From assembly GCA_010405405.1 (NCBI GenBank), contig MU004232.1, positions 1,569,481 to 1,633,480 on the forward strand: a stretch of DNA of 64,000 nt. Reading direction: 5' to 3'. The stretch is from Microthyrium microscopicum (Eukaryota). The translations under genes were made by a program, and so were the position numbers. The notes below the pieces were generated by a model. That model ran no database searches and had not been told where the DNA came from. It was given only the letters and a program-made list of their open reading frames with translations. Positions 38,762 through 51,998 of this stretch are shown piece by piece (the first letter of the stretch is position 1; each line of letters starts with the position of its first letter).

Positions 38762-41164
38762 ATGGAGAAGACACCGCCAGAGCTGGACCAGGCGTTGCTA
38801 CTATGGGTGCGCATTCTCCGAAACCTTGGTCGCGATTATAAGACGAAAAGCTTACCAGATATAGATCAACTCTTTCAAACTACCCTCTCCAGTGAAGACA
38901 TGGGCCGAACTCGCCGACGGTGCTACTATATGGACTATCTTAGGTACGATATGCCAAGGGTGGCGTAACTTGAATCAGCTAACAGCCCCACAGCGGACAT
39001 CGACCCTGACTACTTTCATGACGCATTACCCGAAGATGACGCTAAATCGAACGACAATTGGATACCTCGATGGCAGAATTGGAAGTTTATCGAGAAGGAG
39101 GTGCTGCAATATATCAGAGATGAATGCGGGAGGCTGACCAACCTGGGGAGGGTCATGCATGCAGACTTAAAAGCTATAGCTACAGAGAGCTCCAAGGATA
39201 ACATTGTCAAGGTCGTGGAATGTGTACTTCTGGCGTCCATGTACTCTGATCATTCCAATGAGCGCATGATTGGTATCATGGGCTCTCTCGGACCCAAAGT
39301 CGCGGGACCGATAGCAGCCTTCATTGGAGGAATGGAAGAACTCAATGAAGCTTCGCCTGCATATGGAGACACCGAACCAAGCTCGGATGTCGACTATTCC
39401 ACTGAGGATGATCTACCAAAAGCCAGAGACTCATTCGAACGTGACCCAGAATTGGAGCGAGAAGAGAGGTTGATACAAGCTATACAGGAAAAGAAAAAGT
39501 TTGAAGCACATCTGACAGATGCGTTAGCTGAGTTGGATGAGCTGAGAGAACATACGAAAAAGATAGAAGATGAATTAGAAGAGTCAAAATACGCGTTGGA
39601 TAGACGGCGAGGAAAGTCTTTGGATGCCAAGGATTTTGCACAGCTGAATGAACGAGCGGACCAAGACCGACAGTATATCGAGGAGCTGGAGGCAGATCTA
39701 GCGAGTACCAAATCTACTCTCGAACAACAAGAACGGCAACTGGAGCGATTCAAGACCGATTCTCAAAACAAACAGGAGCTACGTGATGAACTTCAACTCG
39801 TCACAACTGAAAGAGACGAACTACGGCAGAAGGCAAAGGCGAATGAGAATCTAAGGAAGAAGATCCACACACTTCAAGAGCAAGAAAAATCTACACAGGC
39901 GCTACGGCAAGAGCTCCAAGCTGCTCAGGATCAGCTGCAAGATTATGATTCTCTTCGGGAAAGATGCTTTGCACTGGAAAAAGCGAATGAAGAAAATGCG
40001 CAAACCATCGCCAATGGAGAGCAGGAAATAATTGATCAAAAAACCGCAAAGAGAATGCTTGAATACGAGGTCAAAAATATTGCACAGAAATGGGAGCAGA
40101 GCAAAGAGCTTCTGGCTAACGCCCAAGATACTATTCGCGAGCTACAAGATGGGCTGGGGGATAATCGTCCCACTTCTCCCGGTGGAGACAAGGGTATGGG
40201 TAGTCTAGATGACGAACTCAACGCAGAATTTGGAGTCAAATCCGCTGAGTCCAAGTCACCCAAACAAAAGGAGCCATCTGTAACGGCGGAAAGCATCGTC
40301 CTACAACAGAAGCTCAACATCGCGGCATCCTCAGTCGAACGGCTAGAGAAGCGCTGTCTTGATCTGCTCCAAGAGAACTTGGGCTTCAAAGCTGTCATTG
40401 ATGATGCTGATGCACACACCAAGCAACTCCATCCATTCCAACACCAGGCCAAGAAATTGGAAGAATTGGCTCGAGAGCTCGAAGCATCCAAGAGCAAGTT
40501 CATCACTGCATCTTCACAAATCACCGACTTGCAACAACGACTCGAAGCTGCAAGAGGCAAAAGTGCCAATGACAGTGACATTGTTCTGCAGGCAAATCAG
40601 GAACGCCAACAATATATCACTGATTTGGAGCAGACTCTTCGAGACCAACGCAACCTACTTCGACATGCACTGCTCAGTGCCGAAGCACTTCAGAAGATTG
40701 ATCCATCTCAACGATGGTCTGATGAGTTCAAGCTAATTAAGCATCAGCTAGAAACCATCAGTTCCACGCCCGCCACTGAAGCTCAGCCAGTCATCAAGGC
40801 TACTGCCAACAGCATGACGGACAGGATTGAAAGTGTCCGTGGGACTTTGTCACTCAAGGAGACTATGCTAGCAGAGCGTGAGGCTGAGTTTGTGAACCTT
40901 CAATCTCATCTTGATGGGTTGAAGATGCGTCCGCCACCCGTACCACCAAAGGACGAACCATCAGACAAGGAAATGCAGAAAACACTACAACAACTTCAAC
41001 GCGAGAACAAACTGATTGCCAGCGCCTGGTACGACATTACTTGCCGACTGCAGAGTAATACTGTGCACTTGGCTCGCCGAGCGGACGGTGGTCGCAGCTG
41101 GCTATCGCGAATGCGGACATCTGTCAATACCACCAGTGGCGCAGGTCCCGGAAAAAGAATATGA
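38762..41164 (+). CDS. hookA: Hook-family dynein/early-endosome adaptor (HookA/Hok1) (introns ~38807-38864, ~38944-38993)
   Basis: ALLLW/INSF..ELADG..IL/DIDP..F..NWIPRWQNWK Hook domain; long coiled coil; C-terminal RENKLIASAWYD...SWLSRMR motif. Confidence 0.9.
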
Positions 41165-44100
41165 TATGCGTCAATCTTATCAAGTTTCTGACAAACCGGT
41201 AATATTCGAACAACTGCCTTGTGAATCTATGGCCCCACGGTCTAATGCCTTGTTCACAGCCCCGAGCTATATCAGGGACAACTTTTGATATCTTGGTGTC
41301 ATATATGGGATGACAAATGCCAAACCATGTGCATGATAGCCTTAGGAACGACATTTGCAAATAACAGTGTTATATGAGGTGAAGCAGGATCGCGCCTGCA
41401 GCCAGTCTCACTTCGAAACCCAATGACAGGAAACAATTCATCTGTCAAATGAACGCGACACACTAGCCATCGTTCCTGGCGCGCCTTCATGCATGCTCCA
41501 CGTGGTATGAGGGACGTTTCAGTTGAGGCGGCTGTTTTGAGTTGCTCCACCAAAGGAAGAAATTCTCCGATAGATGCTCGGAAGTCCCAGCCAGCTTGCC
41601 CTGGCGAACAAGAAATTACATTTTGGACGCTGTCTCCAAGTTTTTGCATCATCAAAAGCATCCTTTTATCTCTTTCTGCCTGTCACGAGTATATCTGCCA
41701 TGTGGTAGAGTTTAAAATAAACGGGCTTTCGGTGGGCGGTAGCTTTTCCACCGCTCAGACCATCAGTCCCAACGTGCCGGCAGCGAAAGAAGTTTCCAGA
41801 TCAACAAACTCTATAGTCACCGTTTGGCCGGAAATTTGTGACTATTTCGGATTGTTGGGCTTCCCGGCGATTGTCCATCTAGCGGCGGTTCGTTGCGGGC
41901 TCCTGGAAGTCATAGGGCTGAGAACGATGAGATATCTGGGCTCTTGCGATCCGATCTGGTGTACGGTAGTTTGGCTAGAAAGATGGAGCAATATAGGCTC
42001 GCTCATTCGGCATTGAGGCCAAAATCCAGAAACTACAAAAGCCATCTGCAAACTTAGTAGATGGCTGTTTCGTCTTCGGAATTGGATTATCTCGGCACGT
42101 AACTTGGCCGATGAACGTTATACCCCTTAAAATTTCAAAAGATCTATAGTTTTTCCGTTATATCGATATCTGCTGCCTGTTAAGATTGTGTGCGTGCCCA
42201 CACGAGCGTTGCGGTTCGTTGCAACGTTCCTCGCGAACTGCTTGATAAACCACGCGCCTTTCCCCTGCAGGTCACAGACCGGGTCATTAATTGGCGTGGT
42301 GGCGGACTTCGTGACTGGATGAATGAGTCTTAAGTTGTGAATTTATGGCAGGCATTCGCTGCTGACTAGTGATATAAGAGTAGCACTTATTAAAAAGCCT
42401 ATTTGAACGATTCTCGCACGAGCCTCTTCCGCCGGCGGTCTTTCTAGAAGCGATACGGAAGGCATAACTATCGACTAGACGAATGATGGATGGCATTGGA
42501 GTCGAGGGTGACATCTCGGACCTAGCCTTTTAACGTGAATGTCCGACATGAACTGCGTTCTTCGATCGACGAGGAGTTCGTTCGGTGGTTGTTCGGCGAG
42601 ATCTGCTGTCATGAACTACTACACCAAGAAATATACCTGGCTGTGAGCTGGTATATGTGTTAGGATGTACGGAAGATGAGGCTCTCACGCTTGATGCCCC
42701 AGCGACCAATACAGCATCCTCCAATAGTAAACCCTTCAAATCAGCCCAGTCGTGTTTGAACAGAGAACCATTACCACGTTGCACTGTCCGGGTTCCTGAC
42801 TCTTTGCATCTGTTTCCTCGCCTTGCCCGGTCTCGCTATCGGAAATCCATCTCATTTCCTCAGACCCCAGTGCCCGTCGCATGTCAAAAAGGCTATGTGC
42901 TCGTGCTAGCATCATCAACGCAAATCATACCTTACCTTCCCGGTAGCTCACGAGTACCGCCGCCATCCATGCTCACTCATCAACGTTGTGTCTTCAACTC
43001 GCCTGCCAGCAAGGCAAGATTACCAGGCGGATTCATGCCAGCATTTAATGTGTAACTCTGGCTTTTTTTCAAGGTGTTGGCTCTGGCATCAGAACTGCGG
43101 GGCAGGCCAGGCAGATCAAACAGAGAGAGGACCAATCCATGCGTCTGGCACGTTTTACAAAGCAAGGTCTTGTGGGTTATACCGGCCAGGCCGGGCCGGC
43201 GCTCCGGCGCCTTATGCCTTTGATGACAGCAAGTTCTCGCGGCGAAAATGCCAACTTATAGGCGTCTTCACATATACAGCGGAAGACCCGCGGAACAAGC
43301 GCGGAGTGATGGTGTTTCGATATGTCTTTGTTTAGACGGAGAACATGCTAGGTTGAGAAGTTCGTTTGGTGTGCAGAGACAAGGGTGGGCGGGTCACTGG
43401 TTTTGTTGTTTTAGAATTATACAACAACGAGTTTTGTGGCGGCCATGTGTCAGTACAATCAAAGTCATAGATGCTCTAAACGCGTGTGATTGCACAGATA
43501 ACTTTGTTTGCAATGAAAATCACAGCGGATATGAGGATCTTTGGGAGCGGAGATTTGCCGTTGTTGGTGCACGAGACATCGTTCGCGGATATGCAGGCGC
43601 AAAACGTTTGTTGAAGAAACGAAACGTGCCTAATGGGGAAGCCAACTCCGCGTGGACGACACGCTGCTCTGACCGTTCGAGCAACAATAGCAGCGTCATC
43701 GGCCTTGTGCTATAGGGGATCCTAAAGCAGGATTTGACAGGGACGGCGAACCGGTTGGTTTGGGATGGTTGGAGAAAGGCTTATTTTTCCTGCTGTCGAT
43801 GCCGTGTTTCATGTTTGAATAGCTGAGCTTCGCTATAGTAGCATTGATGTACAGTAGCGAGCATGTTAAGATGATAGACATAGGATTTGGAAAGGTATTT
43901 GTGATGTAAGGGGAGAATTGAGACGACGCGAACTTCGCAGTCTCACTTGTTAAGATTTGCTTGACTAGTATTCTATAAACACACAAAAAGATATATAATA
44001 TTCGCTTTCGTTAAAATGCTCCATAAGCGAGCCATGCATCATTGCAAGTTGTGCTGCTTGTTGTTGTGCCGCCCATGAGAAATACAAATAATGCAGTACT

Positions 44101-45057
44101 TTAGGCAATCAAATTACTTCTTCTTGATGCCAACAGCATTTAGTCATGATTCAGTTGGTACAAGAATAGCAGAGGGAAAACAGAAAAGAAAAATATATGT
44201 ATAGAAGGGGTGTTGGTCATAAGGTTCGTCGTCGTGTCGGTTAGTCCTTGCGGAAAAAGAGAGCGTCTTGGTCTCCTGAAAATAGGTTTACAAATGATGC
44301 TGTTGTTGTCGTTTCTAATACCCAAATGCTTCCAAAAATGCCAATAGATGTGATGAAGATAATTTCTTGCTAGCAGATGGTGATGACCTTGCATATGCCA
44401 GTCAAGCCGCCTGAGCCTTTTGTTTCTCTGTCAAGATGCGCTGTTTATGTGTACATCGGTGTTTTTCGGACATTGAAGTGATTAACGGGGGTGAAATATG
44501 TTGTTGTTCTGAGCGGGTGGATGTATGATGTGATGATGGTGGTTTGTCTCCTTCCTTGCAGTTAATGATCCCTTATTCCTCATCGTCGTGAAATTGGTTA
44601 TAGTCCCAACCATGGTCATGCATAAATATTGCGTGGTTCATCTCGGTATAACACGCTGATCTTATATTTTTTGTATGCGGCCATTTGTGAAACATGTGTT
44701 GGCACAACAAACGCCTTGAAACTTTTCTACTTTCGGTAATGCCATGGGATGTGAGTTGGTCCAGCAAATCTCTTGACTTGGGGACTGGTCTTCTCGGAAA
44801 TCCCGCTGACCGGACACACAAAGAATAGGTCGGTTTTTGTTACAGAAGCCAGTCGTGTTTATCGTTCGTCGCGTGTACTCAAGCCTCCAGGCAGAAACAG
44901 ATCGTTCATTCCAGGCTCGAAATAGTTTGACCAGTCGGCGCCAGCTCCAAGAAACATTCTGCCCGAAAGTAGATACCTCTTCCGATTATTTGGCCGAGCA
45001 TTTCGTGACTCTACCAATCCACAGCAATACCAATCGTTTGGTCTTGGATTGAGTTTG

Positions 45058-46475
45058 TTATGCCTCTCGCCCGGGAGCGGATTCACGGGGTCCGGTCGTT
45101 CTGCGTTCGCCGGATCGCGCGCTGCCTCCAGAGCTGATTGAACCGCTTCTTCCATGAGAGTGATGTGATGTTCCAGTGCCTTCGCGATCACCCCAATCAC
45201 GCCCACTCAAGCTACCTTCACCGCTATCACGTCCCGGTCCAATTGCTTGTTCGTCATGAGTGGGCATCATCGCTGCGCTTCGGACGGGTGCGTATTCGGC
45301 TAGTGATTCCTGGCCCAGTTGATGACGTGAAGTGACTGAGCTGCTCCGTCGCGGCCGATTGGTCTGGTGAGGCTGAACACCTGGAGCAGAGAGATGGGCG
45401 CGGAGACCTGGTGGAGTTGGGCCGCCGCCGGCACTACTGTCTGAAAGCATCGGTGGTGATCGTGAGCCGCGAAAGCGGCTGGGAGTGTTGGTAGTTGTTT
45501 TGGTGTTGGGAGCTGGGTGCGGTTGAAAAACGGGGACGTTGGCGCGCTGAGCCATGTCCTCGCAACCCATTTGCCAGTGCATTGCTTCGACGGCGCGCCA
45601 GGGGAGGCCCATCTCCTTTGCGATCATGTCCCACATGTCTTTCTTGAATCTGGATGGATGAAGTCAGTACTGTTAGATATAATGTATCCATTCTCGTAAG
45701 ACTGGACGTATCAACTCGTTTGAGATGATGTAAACCACTGTGAAAGTTTACGAGCTTCATTTCTGGTCGTAGCTTACCTGTTGTACAATCTCGCAAGCTT
45801 GTTCTTCTTCTCTTCGTCCCAGTCAGGTCGCTTTTCGCTGTAATTCTGGTATCGAAGACGACAGGAAATGGCACTACGACCTGGTAGACGCTTCGAAATG
45901 TCCTCCCATTTCATTCCTCCTCGACGAAGTTCGATAGCAAGTGCATCTTCTTCAGGTGTCCATTTGCCCATCTTCTTGGGTGGAGAGTCGTGCAAAATGT
46001 GCCCGGCTTGAGCTGCAGTTCGCTTCTGCGGTACTGATCCTGTGGGAATCGACGGGTTTGGTCCCAGAGGCGGGAGACCATGGTGTCCGTACGCTGCTGG
46101 CATAGAAGGCGCTGGTGCTCCCGAGTAGTATGGTTGAAGAGGATGTCCATACGAAGGCGCCATTGCATGGGCTGGTGGTGGCGCATGCTGCTCATGAGAG
46201 GAAGGATGATGTGGAGGACCTGGATGGAGAGATGATACTGGTGGTAGTTGAGGTAATTGAGATGGTGGTCCTGGTCCGCCTGGTCCTCCTGGCCCTATGG
46301 GAGCGAGAGTTGGAGGTGGATGAGATGTGCCATACGCTGACGGGGGAGGACCAGGCTGATATGACGGTCTTGATGTCGCTGTCGATCCATTTGTGACAGT
46401 GGTACTTGTTGAGCTGCGCTGCCTGTCGTCGCGAGACGCCGGGTCTCGCGACTCTAGAAGTTGTGAGATATCCAG
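45058..46475 (-). CDS. Myb/SANT DNA-binding protein (intron 45650-45777); start codon uncertain
   Basis: KWTPEEDALAIELRRGGMKWEDISKRLPGRSAISCRLRYQNY and WDEEKKNKLARLY/RFKKDMW..IAKEMGLPWRAVEAMHW repeats. First in-frame ATG is at 46163, candidate CTG at 46475. Confidence 0.88.
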
Positions 46476-49400
46476 CGCGTTATAGTGCCGTGAACCAGAC
46501 TGTATTGTCCAGCCCAACGACGGAGAGGAAGCCTGAAAGGAATACAGATTCCAGCAGTTGTGGGCTTTTAGAAAGTTGCTTGATCAGTGTAACCCTCCTC
46601 ACTTCGACGAGCCCTTTTGAAACTGCAAGTCATAGAGCTGCAAGCCAGATTAGGCTGCAAGTCACAGTTCTTACTCCTTCCTAGGAATGTCTAAGAAGTA
46701 AAGCAAAACTGGGCTGCATGAGGATCTAGTGCGATCGCTCCCGGCAAGATTCCGACTCGCTGTGACAGCACGTTAAGATCAACAATTGGGCCGAACTGGC
46801 CAAACTGCAACCAACAACCCAAGATGGAGCTTGTTTGGAAGCTAATGAATCAATGACGAAGGAGGAATGGTCGACCAAGGCGTTAGAGCTGTTTACGCTG
46901 GTCAGAGTCTTGACTGCGGTGGATATGAAGCTGTCAAAGGGGTGATGAAATGTAAGATGAAGATATTGTTGACAAATTACAACCGTAAAGAAATAAGAAG
47001 ACGGTGAGGAAAGAATGAAAGATGATGCGTAATAATAGATCTGATAAGGAGTGACTGAAAGAAAAGACAGCTGTAAGCCTTGCTGGCAGAGTGCTTTGGT
47101 AGTAGCCGTCGCCTCGCGATTTCTTGGGCCTTGGAGCGATGCAGATGGGTATCTGCAAGTCCCGCCACGCAGGGAGATGGGTGTGTTCAGGAGGGTAGGT
47201 ATCTCTTGGGTATAAAACCAACACAACCGGGGATAGCACTGACAAGATGAGCAGACGGGGGCTTTGGTGAGCCACTAGTGTGTCTTGCAGGCCCGTAATG
47301 AGAGTGTATTATATTCGACCAGGTGATGTTCTCGCAAGAACCTGTTCTCAGGCTGTAAATGGTCGCCTCCTAGTGACAAGACGCGGACCAGCTCCACGGC
47401 TCGAGGACAAGGGATGAAACGATTTCTGTCCAATGATACTGCGTAGACTGGTATAGTATGGGGTGCAGTCAAGTAGGCTGTAGCCACAGCCTGGGGAAGT
47501 TGAAGAAATAAGAAACGTTTAGGCTGGAATGTTCAGAGTGTACAAGAGTAGTCAAGAATCGGCAGCATGATATTTCTGTTTGAACACACTGTGCTGTCAC
47601 TCTTCAGCAAGGACATGGGCTCGAACGCGCAGCCACACAGTTTTGCACGCCCGAGGTAAGGTTACGGAGCCAGGATTAACCTCAGAAGAAAAGTTAATGG
47701 CTTATCAAGGATCATCGCAAATGCGTGAAATGGGGACCGTGAGGCTCATGGCATGAGGAATACTACGTGGGTGGTATTATAGGAGATCCAAGAGTTCGGA
47801 AGGTTATGCCTGACATACCTTTCTCAGAATGAGGTGTCAAAGCTTCTATGTTCCATGATTGGCCAGGGCAACTATCGTTTGGAGTGCTTTCAGAATGTTC
47901 GACTTGGAAACGGAGCCACAGGCAACCTTCTTGGGGAATTTTGTGCCCGAAGAATATGCCAACGCAAGCGGCTCCGCCATGAGGCGGTGAACATCTCCAG
48001 ATTGACCAATTGTCTGAACCTTTTGAAGAGCTGGTCTATACAGGGCTACTTTTTTAAGCAAGATGAGCTGGCGAACGATGATCTGCGTTTTTGATACTTC
48101 TCATTCGAGCGCTTCCACAAACCTGAAGAGCTGACGCCCTGTCTTCGTAGTCCATCAAGGCGGTGCTATGCAGGTAGATTCCTCAGCAGGCTAAAACAAG
48201 CTCTTCTGGCGATGGCGTGGACTGTCATATCAAAAGGTTAGGCGGGTCAAACCGCTTGTGGCTTTTCAGTTCATGCTTGTATCTGCTTCTAGTTGACTGG
48301 GAGGTGTGGCACGCCCATCAAGCCGGAAGAATTACGCTCTTGAATGTGCAATAGGGAGGTAATCTGCTTCTGTTCGCCAACCAATCTGGTTAGGTTACTT
48401 TTGCGATCTCTGGCTTACCGAACTGGCTAATGAAGGGATGAGATCTTAGTGGAAACCTGGCAAGGTCGCACACCTCGACAAGATGTCCAGGACGGTGCGG
48501 CTCCCGCGGATGGTGCCTTGTGCAACGAAAGAATTGTCATTGCCCCACGTGAGAAAACCAAACAGGAGGAAAAGGCCCTGGCTGTCGGGACTTACGGAGT
48601 ATTCTCCTGGATAGTGTGGATTATAGTAGTCTCGAATATAGACATGGGGGCAAACTATGAATCGGCGTGGGTATAGGGGCGACATACAGGGGCCAGGCCG
48701 GCCAGATTATTATACCAGGGCAAGATCTGATTATTACCTCTGTTCTTGTCAAGTAGGTAGTTTTCAGCCAGGTACTGTACTGGCTGGATATTTTGATAGG
48801 TATGGATTATCTCGTATAGAAGCAATCCTCTAGATGTGGACAATGCCTCTCACAACACATAGCCGAGGCGAACTTGTTGACGAACTAGTATTGACACAGA
48901 CGCGTGGATGGGATATCGCTGCTTGAGGACTCCTGATGAAGTAATTAGGACAGGATCATGGCTGTTCAAGTAGAAGGCATATGCGCCTAGTTCTAGGTGG
49001 TATTGGTTGGATTGTGTAGCCAGTGAGAGGTAAGAACAGACCAAAGTCAGGCCCCTCACAGCCAGGCAGTTCTCAAGCTGGCTGCTGGAGATGTCGAGAG
49101 GAATGTTTTGCAGCGGCAACGACAAAAGCAAGTAGGATCAGACGTCAGAAACCGGATGGTGTACGTGCAGTGCAGGCATGCCAGAACGGAACGCACAGAT
49201 CGCGGGTTCGGGATTCAAAATGATCGTGGGTGCAGCTTGAATGAGGCATCCTCGGCCCGTCAATGCTGGCATAATTTCAACATCAAACAGTTGTTTGGCC
49301 CCAAGTCCGTATCTACAAGCAGGCTGTTGCGCGCCGCTTTGCCGGTCCGGGTGATTTTTGATAGAAACCGATGATTTACTCAATTGACACAGTAACGAGA

Positions 49401-51998
49401 AATATGAAAGGCTCTCAATCAATCCAGTTTCCGAGATGACCTCGGTAGGTAGGTTAGTACTGGGCAAGTACTTGGAAGTTCATCGCAACGTCTACTCCGG
49501 CAATTGAGCGCGGAACACAACACTGCTTCGAAGTGGGCCTGAAAACACCGTAAACACCAGATACTTGCCTTAGTAGTAGGAGAATGGCAATCCTCGAGGC
49601 TGGTACACTACTGTACGACCCTTGAATGCAATGCGCTGGCCTCGCAGTCAGCAGCCTTAGGAAGGCGTGGCGGGGGGCGGTGAGAGCGGATGCGGCAGCA
49701 AGATGATGGAAGTTGTTCGAGTTTGACAGCAGCCGACTTCACCTCGTCCCAGTCGGTGGTGAGTTGGCACTTTTCCCCCAACACCGCCTTTCGAGCTTGT
49801 TTTCTTTTGCCGCATTCGATGATGAGCTACGAATTGGTGACACTGGCATTTTCAGCCGGCCCGTAACTAAATTCTGGGTGCTGGCAGGCCATCTGTGGGC
49901 GAGCAAGAAATACTCAACACGGCGTAAAAGCGTGCAACGCGAACCGTGTGCTCACAGTAAACAATGGCCGATGAACTTGGTTGACGCGCCAGGGCTACAA
50001 TGAGCACGAGATACGAAGACATTGTGGAGAAGTCGATAGCAGTCGAAACTTGGTCTTTGGCTTCCATGGAGAGAGTTGGAGATGTTGGATGACAGTGCAG
50101 AGAGCAGAAAGTGATCCGAAAAGACTCAGGGGCTGAGGATAGCTGGATGGGGGTGATGAAGGCATCACCCCATCCATCAATCTGATCGACTCTGCATCAA
50201 GCACTGAGATCGCCTTGTCGAGATCAATTTTCAAGCTTGTGGCCCTGTTATGCTTGAATATTACAACGGGGTTTACCGGTATTTCTCCGTCCGTTGCAGT
50301 TCGCAGCCCACGGACTCATATCGCCAATACTGACAATCGTTCTCGCAAATATATCCATCCTTCCCTGTCTTCGGGCCTACCTGCCGGTAACGCCTATAGA
50401 CTCATCTCTATTCAGAGCAAAATGCGGTAATTTCTTTTGCAAACTAGTTCTTCAACATCAGTTTGTCCAGTTACAACCATAGAAGGGCAGTTCCCAAGGC
50501 TGCCGGGCTTGCAAGTCTCAACAAGTTCAGAGACAAGATGTATCGTAGTCTTTCATCGTTTTCGGTGCGAAGAAAGATCTTTCCATGGTTCAAAGTGATG
50601 AATCTGTGATTCCTGATGCCACTTTCTCAGACTTGTTCATCCGAGGTATAATTGACTGTCGGCTTGCAGAAGGAGTGGACAACTCGAGCTCGTCATGAGC
50701 TACCATTGTAGCATTGACTGCCGTCGCTCAAGTCCGAATAGCAACAGGATCTCCCGTAGTCTGCGTTCCTGCAATCTTAAGTGGTGCCTGTCTGACTCGA
50801 GTCGTTCTCCTCCAGGCTTCCAGAAGGAATGCTTCATCTATTCCAAAACGCATCCGTGCACCTAAGCTTCCATCGACCTTCCAGAAGGGAATGACGCCTT
50901 GCGGCTCGCGTATCCACGCGTGCAAAAAGCTATGGGTAGGGGCCGAAGATATCGTTCATCTCAGGCTTGACATCCGAGATCTCATCTCGGAGCACATTAC
51001 GTATGTTCCGCGGCCAAGCTCAGCCATGGAAAATTGATCTAAAAGGAAATGACATGAATGTTCAGGTAAGCTTGAATGATAAGGCCTGTGATGCGATGCG
51101 ATATCAGTTGGTCCGATTGCGAACGAGTGCACGTCCAGAACACATGATTCAATAGGTAGTTTTTAATGGTTGGAGCTTTGAGGTTGAGATAGAAGTCAAA
51201 CGGACCGATGTTGATGTTGATCAGATGGGTAGAGGGGGTCTTGCGAACTCATGCGCTAGGAACAACACCACTACTTCCTAAAGACTAGCCCAATTGAGTA
51301 ATCGTTGGGGCTCGCGATATACTGACTCGTGTAACCTTCTATAATGGCAAGGATGAATTCCGACAGTGAATGCAATGCCAAGCAGGCTTCATAAAATAAA
51401 ATGGCAGAAGGAAGGATGAAATCAGGCCCGTAACTACATCGGTAGAATACGACGTGACGTGACCATGTGAAACATTCTCATCTCAACAACATGATCAGGA
51501 ACAATACGATTCCATCTCGTCTCCCATCAATCTCCACCATACACCATTACCACGACATAACACACAGCATTCTGGATTCTGCACCAACCACATCTTGTCC
51601 AACTCTGTACTTTGAACAGTGCCTCTGCTCAACACCAAGGGTACCCGGCCAAGATCCGCGCAAGACAGCCGTTGCAAACTTGCAATCGGCTTGTGAGCTA
51701 TAAGAGCATCTGCTAATGTGAAACCATATCAGGGTTTCTCAACACCAATCTTGTTCCAATTTTCTATCACCACAGTGACCATACGGCCCTTCTAGGTACT
51801 CTGCTCCGCTACAGTCTTTATTTTTATCCGCGGATATAGAAAAAGCTAACTCATCAATTCCAGTTACTACTAGGCCCCCAAAGCCACTGACCCATACGCT
51901 TCAGGCATTATTGACCACTCTATCACATCTTGATTCCTACTCAATCTCCTTTCGTCCATCGCCGAGGATCAATCGGTGCGCCGGCCCGGCTCATCAAT

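Noticed and set aside
41489..43715. ORFs of 115-175 aa downstream of hookA
   Set aside because: No recognisable domains or coding-like composition and no supporting splice structure.
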